From Podarcis melisellensis (Eukaryota): a stretch of DNA of 64,000 nucleotides. Each line of letters begins with the position of its first letter. The stretch's first letter is position 1. Shown here in pieces: positions 1 through 11,250 of this stretch. Under the pieces are notes generated by a model that was given only the letters and a program-made list of their open reading frames with translations, made no database searches and had not been told where the DNA came from. The stretch lies in the NCBI GenBank assembly GCA_964234715.1, contig OZ174283.1; one strand, written 5' to 3'. Both the position numbers and the translations under genes were made by a program.

Positions 1-529
1 TGGTGGTACATTTATTCTGTTTTATTAGTCATTCTGCCGTGCTTTCCTATTGCTGTTGGGAGGAGCTATAGTGCAACAACAGTTAAGATGAAAAGTTACA
101 GGATTTTAGCAGGAAGTTACAAACTATGCACTGATTGAACGTGAAGCAGTATGACTGCCCCAAGAGTTTTGCAGGTGCAAACATCATTGAAAGTGGGATT
201 GTATATGACTCCCCCAATAACACAAATCACCATGAATGTGCAATATATACCCAGAAGCAGTATTCACGCCTCTCTTCAAGAAGTCTCCACAGTTCTCCAC
301 GACATATTGTTGTGAGCAGGGTTTTTCACCTCTGACAAATACGGAAGTTCAGAAAAGAGAAAGGCTTATTTGTGTTGATGAGGAGATACACCTAATGAGA
401 TTGCCCAGCAATCTCACACCTCTCATTGAATCTGTATGCATACTTAAGGTACATATGTAAGAGGCAAATTTATATTTATGTTTCGGGAATGATTTGTGTT
501 ATGTAGCTGTATTGTTTCATACTTTCTGG

Positions 530-650
530 ATCATAGAGTTGGGAGGGATCATCTAATCCAACCCCCTTCAATGCAGGAATATTTTGCCCAATGTGGGGTT
601 TGAAATCACAACCCTGAGATTAAGAGTCTCATGCTTTACCAGCTGGGCTA
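530..650 (-). mobile_element. tRNA-Lys(CUU)-derived SINE with CR1-type 3' tail
   Basis: Minus strand reads TAGCCCAGCTGGTAAAGCATGAGACTCTTAATCTCAGGGTTG...CCCCACATTGGGC, then GGGTTGGATTAGATGATCC...AACTCTATGA (CR1-like end). Confidence 0.8.
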
Positions 651-980
651 TATGAAGTAGTTGTGTTCTGTGTTTTAAAACAAGCACTGCTAGGAGTTGT
701 TTCTTTTTGTTTTCCAATGTATTTCTTATCAACAGAAATTTGATGTGGCATGAGTAAATTTATATTCTGAAAGTGTGGCCCAGAGGGTGGGGGTAAATGA
801 TAATAGATAATACAGGTAATACAGGTCTGCCACTGGGGCTACTATCATGTCATGGAAACATGTTATGGAAACTCATATTTGGGCTGCCAAGATGTGGGTG
901 ACTGGGTAAGCTGTTTTTGAATGTAGAAAGGTGGCTAGGGTATGTGCACCAATGGAGAAAAGGGAGACTGAAGTAGTATA

Positions 981-1214
981 CAGTGGTACCTCAGGTTACG
1001 TACTTAATTCATTCCGGAGGTCCGTTCTTAACCTGAAACTGTTCTTAATGTGAAGCACCGCTTAAGCTAATGGGGCCTCCGGCTGCTGCTACCGTGCGAT
1101 TTCTGTTCTCATCCTGAAGCAAAGTTCTTAACCCGAGGTACTATTTCTGGGTTAGCGGAGTCTGTAACCTGAAGCGTATGTAACCTGAAGGGTATGTAAC
1201 CCGAGGTACCACTG
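981..1214. mobile_element. Tc1/mariner-superfamily (Tigger/pogo-like) MITE
   Basis: TIRs CAGTGGTACCTC / GAGGTACCACTG; TA on both sides; same family as 62271-62482. Confidence 0.9.
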
Positions 1215-4200
1215 TACTCAAAATGTCCCACTGAATTAAATGAGATAAACATACACAGAACAGGGCATGGGGTGTCATAAACTTAAAATATGGTTCTGAT
1301 AATTCTTCTTTGTTACCATCATAAAAGTTAATGGAACAGAGCTACATTTGTTGAGGTAGTTTTTAAAGCATCTACACATGTGGAGTATTGGAGTGTGTGT
1401 GTGCATTGATATTTTCAGCTGCTAGTGAGGCAGCTTTGGAGAAACCAATGGTATTTACAATGTGGATCAATGGGGAACTGAAATTCTCACCCATACCTTT
1501 AAGCACCAAGTTGGAGTGTGTTTTGGTGCTGCTGTGAATATATTGCTGCTCTTGGATGGGCACAGGCTGTTGATATCAGTAGGGGCAACTATCAGCAACC
1601 ATGCACTTGCACGAATGTTCCCACTGGCTCGTAAAGATGCAGACAAGAATTCCCTCCCTCCATCACTACACAGTGGTTTTTTAAAGCAAACCAGCTTATT
1701 CTTATTGGACAAACTTAAAAGGTACCAGTTCTGTAAAAAACCTCCAGTGATCTACTAGCTAACTTCAAAAATTCATTTGACAGTTTTAGCATTTTTGGAA
1801 GTAAGGAAAGAAGGTGATCCTGATATCAGAGGAATATTATTAGGTATGGACTTTACTCTTTTGGGATGGGGGGGGAGAAGGATAGTTCTGTAATACTTTT
1901 GTTTTTCTGCCAAGAAGAAAGCTGGAATTTATCAGCTTCGCTGTACAAATGGCAGGATGCCACTTAGACAGGGAAAATTGATTTTCTGGACAAGAAGGTT
2001 TACCTTTAAATAATTTGACTCCTACATTTGCTAGTGGCAGGAAAGGGAAAATGATTGGGCATCCTGGCAAAATCACCTCAGAATCTGTCCCATCATTTTC
2101 TCTCCTCCTCTTTCCCACCTGCCCCTTGTTACATTTGAGACACATCAAGTGACTAACACTCTTCCAAGCAGCAGCAGAAGAGGAACAGAAAAATCTCTCT
2201 GGCATGTCTTGTGCCTCTGATGTTTATATACATCCAATAGCATAGTCAGCCCTTTAACAGTAAAAGGCTGAAGAATCCAGTGACTAACTGCAAATGTAAC
2301 TAAATTTACACACTGTGAGCACCTTGGACCATAAAAGATAAATATAAACCTTTATGGGGCTTTTCGAAATTCATAGAATGGTGTACATATTTTACTCAGA
2401 ACAAACTCTTTGAAATTAAGGAACATGGCTAAGTTAGGCCCGTTTATTTCAGTGAATCTACTTTAAGTAAATCAATCATTCCTATGCATATATTATATTT
2501 TTGAGGGCTAAACTTAGTTATAAGTTTCTATACCTCCCTTTAAGAACAGTTGCTTGCTATAAGCCCAATAAAGGTGAGGAAATTACATCTTTGTACTTTG
2601 CCTAAATCAGTGAGCTTAAGGACTTCATTCTTAGCCACGTGCACTTTCCCATTTTACAGATTGGCAAAGAAGAAAGCTGAAACCATGTTGCCCATGTACC
2701 CTTGGTTTCCAGCTACATCATGAGTCAATAGTGGTTGCTCCTTGCTGCCCTCCATAGGCAGCAAGGAGGTTCAGGCAGGGGAAAGCCAGGATTTATGAGC
2801 CAAAAATCCTGGCAATGTTCCCCAGTGGGGTCTAGGGAGCTCAATACATGTGCCACTCAAGCGCGTGTCTGCCAACTTGAAAGGCAGAGCGTGTGTGACC
2901 TAGGAGTGTGTCCCTGCCACGGATGAGCCTCTGTCTCTGGCATGATTTGTGGTTGGTTCCTCCATAATTTGGACAATTAGCATTAATCAAGAGGCGCTCC
3001 TGGACCGATATATGCTAATAGGCTGCAATCAGTCAGCTGCCGAAAGGAATGGGCTTGGCTCTTTGAAGGTAATGTTTTCTTTGAAGCTTGAGAATAATTA
3101 CAACAGCTGGGAAAGGAAGGGGGAGGACAAGATGTTTTGTGCTTTCATATGGTTTTAAAATGGTATCCTTTTTTCCTGTCCTCCCCTGCAAAATGAAAGA
3201 CACGTGTGTAGCCGCTGTTATGTTATTATGTTTGTTACTTTGGAAAAGAGGAAGGAGGCTTTCGATTTATGCTCAACAAAGAATTTAACAAGGTTTTGCT
3301 ATGCCCTCCCCCCTCAACTGAGGCTGACTGGACTTTATTTAAAATTATTCCTGGACTGGACTAGGAGCTGTTGCTGCAATGAAAAAAGAATTAACTGCTG
3401 CCGCACAGATCTGGCAGAGAGGCTGAATTTGAGAAAATAACTTGGTTTTAACTGTGTGCCGAGGAAGAACTCCAGAGCGGAATTTTAATGACAGAGTTTG
3501 GATACACATTCTGTGAGTTATTTGTGGCCACAGCTCGTATGCTAGTCGCTAAACAGCAGAAAGAATGTGACCCTGCAAAGAACTGCACAATGGAAGATAG
3601 TAATTGATTTTCCCAGCACACCAGATCTGGAACAACAATATAAATGAAGGAGTACACGCAGCTGGAAGAATGGTTTAATGGCAAGTGAAGGTTGTCAGCT
3701 GGACCGTAAATAAGAAATGATGCAGCAATGTGAGGAAATGATGGTCATTTGTTTGGAACAGGAGCGGGAAACCTATTTTAAGAAATTGTATTAAATTAAA
3801 TTGGTTTGATTTGCAATAATTTTGAAAATTAATAAAAATAATTTGGGGGGAAAGTCCATGTTCGCTCCCTTCTCTTCCCCCATAGCATATTGCCAACTCT
3901 CGTATTTGCTGTCTTTTATTAATTGAAATGTTGATAACAATCCCCCTCCCTTAATATATAATTGTGAGCAGTATAATTATATTTTACTTTTTCAATTGTA
4001 TAATTATATTTTATTTTTAAACTTCCCTAAAAACTGATGCTGTAGAGGGCAACATCAAAACCTTTTCATAAAACCAGTAAACTAAATAAAAATAAAATTA
4101 TAGTACATTAAAGGTAGTTTAATGTACACTCAAGGTAGTTGCTAAGTTTGCTTCTGCGGTTGATTCACCTCAGTGCTAGTGTTCCTCATATATCAGAGAT

Positions 4201-7200
4201 AGGATGGCATCTGCATATTTCCAGATCACGGCTTTGGAAGGGGGGGGGTGTATAATAGAGAGAGGAAAGTAGGCCTATTCACTTTTGCCCTGTTGCCAAG
4301 AAAGATGTAAGTGGAGGGAGAGATTGTGCCAGACCTGCTTCATCTTCTATGTGATAGCCCTTCAGATACTTGAAGACTGAAGAAGTCTTTGCAGTTGTGA
4401 GCATCAAACTGAAATTCAGGGAGCCAGGCCTGGTGCCAGACTTTGAGGTCAGGTCCAATTCCGGTCATTTGTTATCCCTTCTCTTAACCCTGCCCGCTTC
4501 TTGGTCACCCTCAAGCATGACCAAGATACACTGAGGTTTTTCATAGATAATAGCCCCAGTGCCTTTGAACAGAATCAAGCAGCTTTAATTTAAGTAGTAT
4601 GTGTGCATTTCATGTATGTAATGTGTGTCCTTTGCAAAACAAAAAAACTCGGGGTTTGGGTTACATGAGGAGCCTACAATACACAATTTCCTAACATACT
4701 GTTGATAAAACGAATATTATATCAAGAATTTTGAGTCTTAATTTATAATGCATCTAACTGTGATAGTTCTTAGGAAAATCAGCAGCTATTGTTATAAGGG
4801 AATCATTTGAACCAATTGCCTCCCAATGTCTGGTTAACAACATATACCATCCCCGAATTAAGTTTCAGTTTCTACAATGTGTAAATAACAAAATCTTTGA
4901 AACTTCATCAGTGTGCTCCTCATTTCACCAGAACTAGTTGAATCTTGCCTCTGCAGTTGAGGCTATATTGGAAAAAACTTAATCAGATTTTGCCTTCTTT
5001 TACAGGAAATAAATGAATGTCTAAAAAAACAACTTTTGCACCAATATAAAACCCACAAATTAGATTTCCTGCAGGGGCGAACTTTTTCAAAATAGATACA
5101 CATTTTCCACAGAGACCAATCCTACATTTTTTGTCTTCCCTTTGATTGGCTTTCCCCCCTCATAATAGTATGAAGTTCTCAAGGGTAAGAAGAAAAGCAG
5201 ATACTTGCCATTACGAGGATAAAACTCCTGCCAGTAAAAATCAGGTTTTGAAAGCAGAAACATTAGTAGTTTGATGTGCAGTGGGTTTGGGGTTGTGTTT
5301 TTTTTGTCACTGCAAATCACAAGGGAAAGGGGAAAAGGCCAATCTGCCTCCTCTAATAGCTGGTGTTGGTTTTGGATGTTATGTGTTGCTCCTTTGATAG
5401 CTCTCACATGCATATAACCTGTTATCAGTCTGTTGTAATTATGATGTATCATCTTCATGATTTGCCTCTTTGCAGCCTAATATATTATGATAGCTAAAGT
5501 GAGTTGCTCTGTTTATAATTGGATGGCTGCTATTGATATGGGTAATGGATCTCTCCTGTGAAATGCAAACAGCAGCTAGATGCTCAGCATGGAGGTAAAT
5601 TAAGTACCTGAGCTACCTGGGAATCAGCAGGTAGGCCTCATGACTTAGTATAGGGATGTATTTTTTCTGGTATCTCAGCACATCTCTAATTGCAATTATA
5701 TTTCATGCCCACCTTGTCAAAGTTCTTGTAGGAAGGTTGTATGTATAAGTCGTTTAAATACAAGTATAAAAGCAAGTGAGGATGCAAGGTTTTTCTGAAG
5801 ACCTAGATGTCATTAAACAAGCAAGACTTCATAGAGGCATATCTACTAATTTTACTACCCACACACATGGAGAGAGAGGGAGAGAGAGAATAAAACCCAC
5901 AGATTTACTGAACTTAAAAATATAGCACCCTTTCACCACATCACTACAATTTTGTTGCTTAAAATGGTGCAATGAAAATGGCTAAATACACAAAGTAACA
6001 CAATTGCAACCAACAGCTAGAAAAGCATCACCATTCAGATTAGATTTCCTGCCACCACGTTCCTGTGTCAGTTTGTGTGAATCAGATCTTGGAATATTTC
6101 TAGATCTGGAAACAGAATATACATTCTTTAGAGTAAGATGCACTCTTATTAAAACTACGACACACCGCTTTATCAGTGACATGTCATGCCTGATCTTATG
6201 TAAGTTTAGCTCGTAATCAATAGCATTAATACATCGTTGGACATAAAACACTGGGGCAGGTAGGGGGAAAAGAAAGAAATACTGAAAGCAGGTTTCCACA
6301 TAGTACATTGATTTTTGTTTTCTTTGTGTAAACCCAAACATAGTAGTAATGTGTGGAGTTGGTAAAATATTGATTTGATTTCCTGGTTTTTAGTTCACTT
6401 GGGTTTGAGGTTGACAAGGGCAGTTATGTTCTGTAATTATCAGTCATCATACTTGTCTAGGCAGTGATGTCCACAAAACACTTACCAGATTTATTACATT
6501 GCTCTAAACACCTTTCACAATGAGCAAGAGAGAAGGAAATACTAAGGAAATACATTTTCTCAGTGTCCCTAAGTAATGAGATTTTTAAAATAAAATAAAG
6601 ATGCCTTGAGCTAAATTTGCTGATTACCATAATCTTTTAAAACAATTTTGGTTGGTATCAGCTAATCCTGGCATGGATATTGAGGAGCAGTCCATCAAAA
6701 CATTTCAAATCCCACCCCCTTGTCACATCCTTCTGGTGGCATGTCTTTCAGTAGCTACAGGCAGGTAATATATCTAAAACCAAATAATCTTTTACCATAT
6801 GATGATAACTTCTAGTTTGAAGTGAACCAGATCTAGTAACATGATTAAAATTGAGAGTGTGCAAAATAAAATCATCCTGAGCTTCAACTTAGATTTTACT
6901 AAAGGATTACTACTGGTAATTTATGAGAATAAAATTCAGTTCCATATAATTGAGCTTAATTTTATCACTGTTCTCCTCAAAATATGGGAGAAACTATAAT
7001 TTTCACCTGGAAATCTACGGCATTTTTGTGTTGTAGGTTACTTCAGTGCTGAACTTTCATTTAGGAGTAATCACTTGAAATAACTTGCTGTGATGATAGA
7101 GACATGCAGTTCACCAATTACAATTAAACCATGTGAACCATATGTTTCATAAGTGCAGTGGGCTTTGAAACTTTCAAAAGGTTTTACATTAAATTACACT

Positions 7201-7529
7201 GTGATTTCATTTTGCCTGGATTTTTTTATTCTACTTTAGAAAGCTAAAAGGTTTTTAAGTGAAGACTTTAGAACATTTTATTTATTTATTTTATTTAAAA
7301 ACCCTTATACTTTACCTTTCCTCAGTAAGCCCAAAGCAGCTAACAATAACTTAAAACAGATGGACAACTATAAATACAGAAAAATATTAATAAAGCAATA
7401 ACATAGCAGTGGCGAAAGATGGGTACAAACCATCAGAAATAATTTAACTATAGCAATTGACACCACTTTTTTAAAAAACGCATAAAAAACCATAAAGCTT
7501 CCAAAACTTAAAATGGAAGGTTTTGGATT

Positions 7530-7930
7530 TCCTACAAAAGAAGACTGCCTCCAAACATTGGTCCACAGTCTTCACTGTCTCCCTAGGATGAGATGGGTAT
7601 ATTTGCATACTGACAAATTTGAATGACATATCTCTGGATGACCCCGAGTCAGGATGGCTGTCCATCAACAGATAAAGCCGTCTGCATATTGATGACAGCC
7701 CAGCCCAAAGTTCCAGACAATCTGGGCTGGGGAAAGAATTGTGCCCTGCGGCACTCCACACACCAAGGAATGCCGCAGCGACAACTCCCTAGCACCACCC
7801 TCTGTTCCAACCTGAGATAAAGGAGCGTAGCCATTGTCGGGCTGTGCCCTGAATCCCCACGTCGGCAAAGCAGTGGTCCAAAAGTTCATAACCATGTCAA
7901 AGGCTGCTGACAAATCTAGAAGATGCCATG
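7530..7930 (-). mobile_element. L2-clade LINE RT fragment (degraded)
   Basis: Translated remnants LLDLSAAFD, CGVPQGTILSP, CHQYAD. Confidence 0.8.
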
Positions 7931-8719
7931 ACATATATAAAATATAATGCACACATGAAACTAAAATTGGTATCTTTGGAGAAAGAAAAATGGCAACTAT
8001 TCATCAACCCTCCCCCTGCCCCCGCAAACACACACACATTCCATATTGAGCAGGGAGGTACATACACATGCCTACCTGCCTCCAAAATTTTCTCAGGTAT
8101 TTTAGTCCCTCTTTGTATCTCACTACCCCCACAAAAGAAATTATCTCATTACTGTTAATTATCTCATTATTGTTGAGATTGCACGTTTTCAATTGTCATG
8201 AGATAGAGATAACCTTTAATCAGACTTTCTCATCAAATATTTTTCTGATTTTAATTTTTAACTATGAATTTTCACTTACTTGAAGCCATTTCACTACAAA
8301 GCTATTTTGTTGTCCATCCTTTACTATGGTAAATATAGAGCATTATGTATTTTTTTACAATGTGTTACAGTTGATGTCCTAACAGAATATCAAAGGATGC
8401 AGCTGCAGTGTTGATTTTAAAAGCCCTGGCACACTTGTCACCAGTATGCTGGTGTTTAAAATCCACTTTTATCAAGAGACTACATTATTAACCTAATTTA
8501 ATTGGCATGCTTGTGCTAGCACTTAACAATAGATTCAAGGATTTTTGGCGGGGCGGGGGTGTTGTGAGAAGACATTTGTTGGTCAGATGCCTAAATATGC
8601 CTGTTCCTGCAATTTATAACTCACAGGTATTTGGTTTATAACTGTGTAGGAGGAACCATATGGACATACAATATAATTTTTTATTATTATGCAAATTGCC
8701 ACAGTAACTCATGAGAAAG

Positions 8720-8843
8720 GGTGGTCATAGCTCAGTGGTAGTAGGTAGGCCTGTGAAATACCCCTGACTGAAAGCCTGGAGACAGTCGGTGTGGACAGTA
8801 TTCAGTTTGATGGACCCATGGTCTGACTCAACATCAGGCAGCT
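8720..8843 (+). mobile_element. Degraded Squam3-like tRNA-derived SINE
   Basis: TAGCTCAGTGGTAG A-box and 3' motif GATGGACCCATGGTCTGACTCA...AGGCAGCT; similar 3' ends near 32680-32727 and 58265-58370. Confidence 0.6.
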
Positions 8844-8859
8844 AGTACCTGCTTATTAA

Positions 8860-9218
8860 GGGATGCGGGTGGCGCTGTGGTCTAAACCACTGAGCCTAGG
8901 GCTTGCCAATCAGATGGTCAGCGGTTCAAATCCTTGCGACAGGGTGAGCTCCCGTTGCTCGGTCCCTGCTTCTGCCAACCTAGCAGTTCGAAAGCACATC
9001 AAGTGTAAGTAGATAAATGGGTACCGCTCTGGCGGGAAGGTAAACGGCGTTTCCGTGCGCTGCTAAGGTTCACCAGAAGAGGCTTAGTCATGCTGGCCAC
9101 ATGACCCGGAAGCTGTCTGCAAACAAACGCTGGCTCTTTCGGCCTATAGAGCGAATTGAGCACTGTAACCCCAGAGTCATCCGCGACTGGACCTAACGGT
9201 CAGGGGTCCCTTTACCTT
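8860..9218 (+). mobile_element. Sauria SINE
   Basis: GGGATGCGGGTGGCGCTGTGG head with A/B boxes; (ACCTTT)n tail; 14-bp TSD TACCTGCTTATTAA. Confidence 0.93.
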
Positions 9219-10483
9219 TACCTGCTTATTAACTCACTTGCATTATCAATATAAATATCAACAGTCCCTTTCCAGTAGAAGGTCATCCATAGGAGGAACC
9301 AAGACCAGTTCCATGCCAAAGCTAGGCCTGTATCTAGACCAAAATATGTCAAGATAATCAGTTTCCTTGAAAAGTGCCCTGCACCTTGCACCCCACAAAA
9401 GGAGGTACAGGCCTGCCTCTCTGCTACAGGTAGTTAGCCTACCTAGAAGCTTTGATTACCATAGAAGGGGTTGCTTTGGGGAAGTAAGCCAGAATAAAAG
9501 CGCATGTCAAACACACTTTGGATCTCTTCCTTCTCCTTTGTAAAGGTGCCCACCTTGGACACTGAAGTGTATGTGAGTTAACATACTTTGTTATATAGCT
9601 TTTGTAATAGGGATCCTGTTTTTCTAATAAAAGCTTTTCTTACTTCATTTGATGCATTTGACTGAAATCACTGACAAAATAACTCTGTCTCCTACAACCA
9701 TAACATTTTGGCCTGTTTGGAGTGGTTTTGATGGAGGCCTCTCTTGACAGGAGCTTCATAATTAATTTGGTCCATCAGGTACTCCATAGAGAATACAGCT
9801 GCAAATTCTCCTTCAGTGTGCATATGCACGCACATATACGTGAAAGGCTCTCTGTACTGCAGGTGGTCCAAAATAAGGGAAAGACAGACATTTAAATAAT
9901 AATGTTGTCCTTCCTTGAGCAAGCACAATCTCTTCACATTATTGTCAATACAAGTGGAATTGCTTTCCTATATGTTAAAGTAAATAACTTATATACTTTC
10001 ATTTAAGTATTCACCTCATTTATTAGGATAAAATCTTCTGTCTGGGTTAGCTGGCATGGAGCTTTACTGAAATGCTACTAAGAATTGGTAAGGAATTTGG
10101 CCTTGACTCATGCTAATTTAAACAATATATTCCACATTTTACGGTCCCTTTTTAATAACATTGTTATTAAAGATTCTTTTAAAATAGTATTCTTGTTTTG
10201 AATTAAGCTGGAACAATGGTATACAAACTGTATGTTTTCTTGCATTCTTGGTTCTTTTCTGTGATATGATTCGAAAAGCTGTATTGCACAATTAATTTTT
10301 TGCGTCTCATACAACATAGCCACTGGAAGTATTACAGACTGTACAATATTTTGACTTCAATCAGTTTAATTAATGCCAAGTTGAGTTGGAAAGGGTAAAG
10401 GCACAGTACCTTGATTATCATGTATATATTTTGAACAGGTGCCCATAGATTATATCAGAGGGAGGACAGTTCTTTAATGTTAC

Positions 10484-11250
10484 TGTCACGGCCACCCAGG
10501 ACGGGTCCCAGCTCACAAGAGACCTCACTCCGTTGCAGCTTATTTACAGGAAAAGTTTATTGAAGATTTCTGCTTCTCATACAGTTCAGCATTGTGGCCG
10601 TACGTCTGCCACGTTAGACCGCTGAAGTCCCCTCTGACTCCTCCCCTCTTCCGCACCAACTTAATAGCCTGGCTCTAGACCACCTCTTCCTCTCCTTTCT
10701 TTTCCGCAGGGTCTTCCTGCCCCCCTGGGTTCCCTCTCTCCGTGACTCGCCTGAGGCTGAATCCTCTGCCGCCTCTTCCCCCCTCTTTCTGGCTTTAGGG
10801 CCGGGCTCCTCCCCTGAGCTCTCTCCACTTCCGCGCGCCTCTACGTTTGAACTTGGCGCGCGTACGTTGCTGCTGACCTTTCTTTCGACCGCTACACCAC
10901 CCCCTGTTCTGCTCTCCACCCTTTCCGGCTGAACACCCTGCTCCAACCCCCTCTCTCTGTTCTCTCCTAACCCTGCTCCCTCCGAGAGGCTGACGACTCC
11001 ACCCCCTTTACTCCGTTCCGGCTGAGACGTCTCTTGCTTCCTCTGTCTTCCACTGGGCTCCTCTCCGCTTCTCCCTTCTCCTCCCCTTTGCTTGATTAAG
11101 GTAACCCCCTTTTGAGAATCCTCTGACTCGCTGCTCAGACTCGTGGATTCCCTCAGAATTCCGTCATCTTCTTCCTCATCCTTCTGCCCCTCCTCCCACT
11201 CGCTCTCCGTCTCCTCTGTCATCTCCTCCTCTCTCCCAGAAACCCTGACA
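10484..11250 (-). repeat. 3' LTR (767 bp)
   Basis: Preceded on the minus strand by the PPT; contains AATAAA (plus-strand tttatt, 10556-10561). Confidence 0.97.
10556..10561 (-). terminator. Polyadenylation signal AATAAA in R of the 3' LTR
   Basis: Plus-strand tttatt, about 53 nt after the pol stop; copy at 16283-16288 in the 5' LTR. Confidence 0.75.

Noticed and set aside
585-650. tRNA-Lys gene
   Set aside because: Degenerate stems and direct fusion to a CR1-type tail indicate a SINE head
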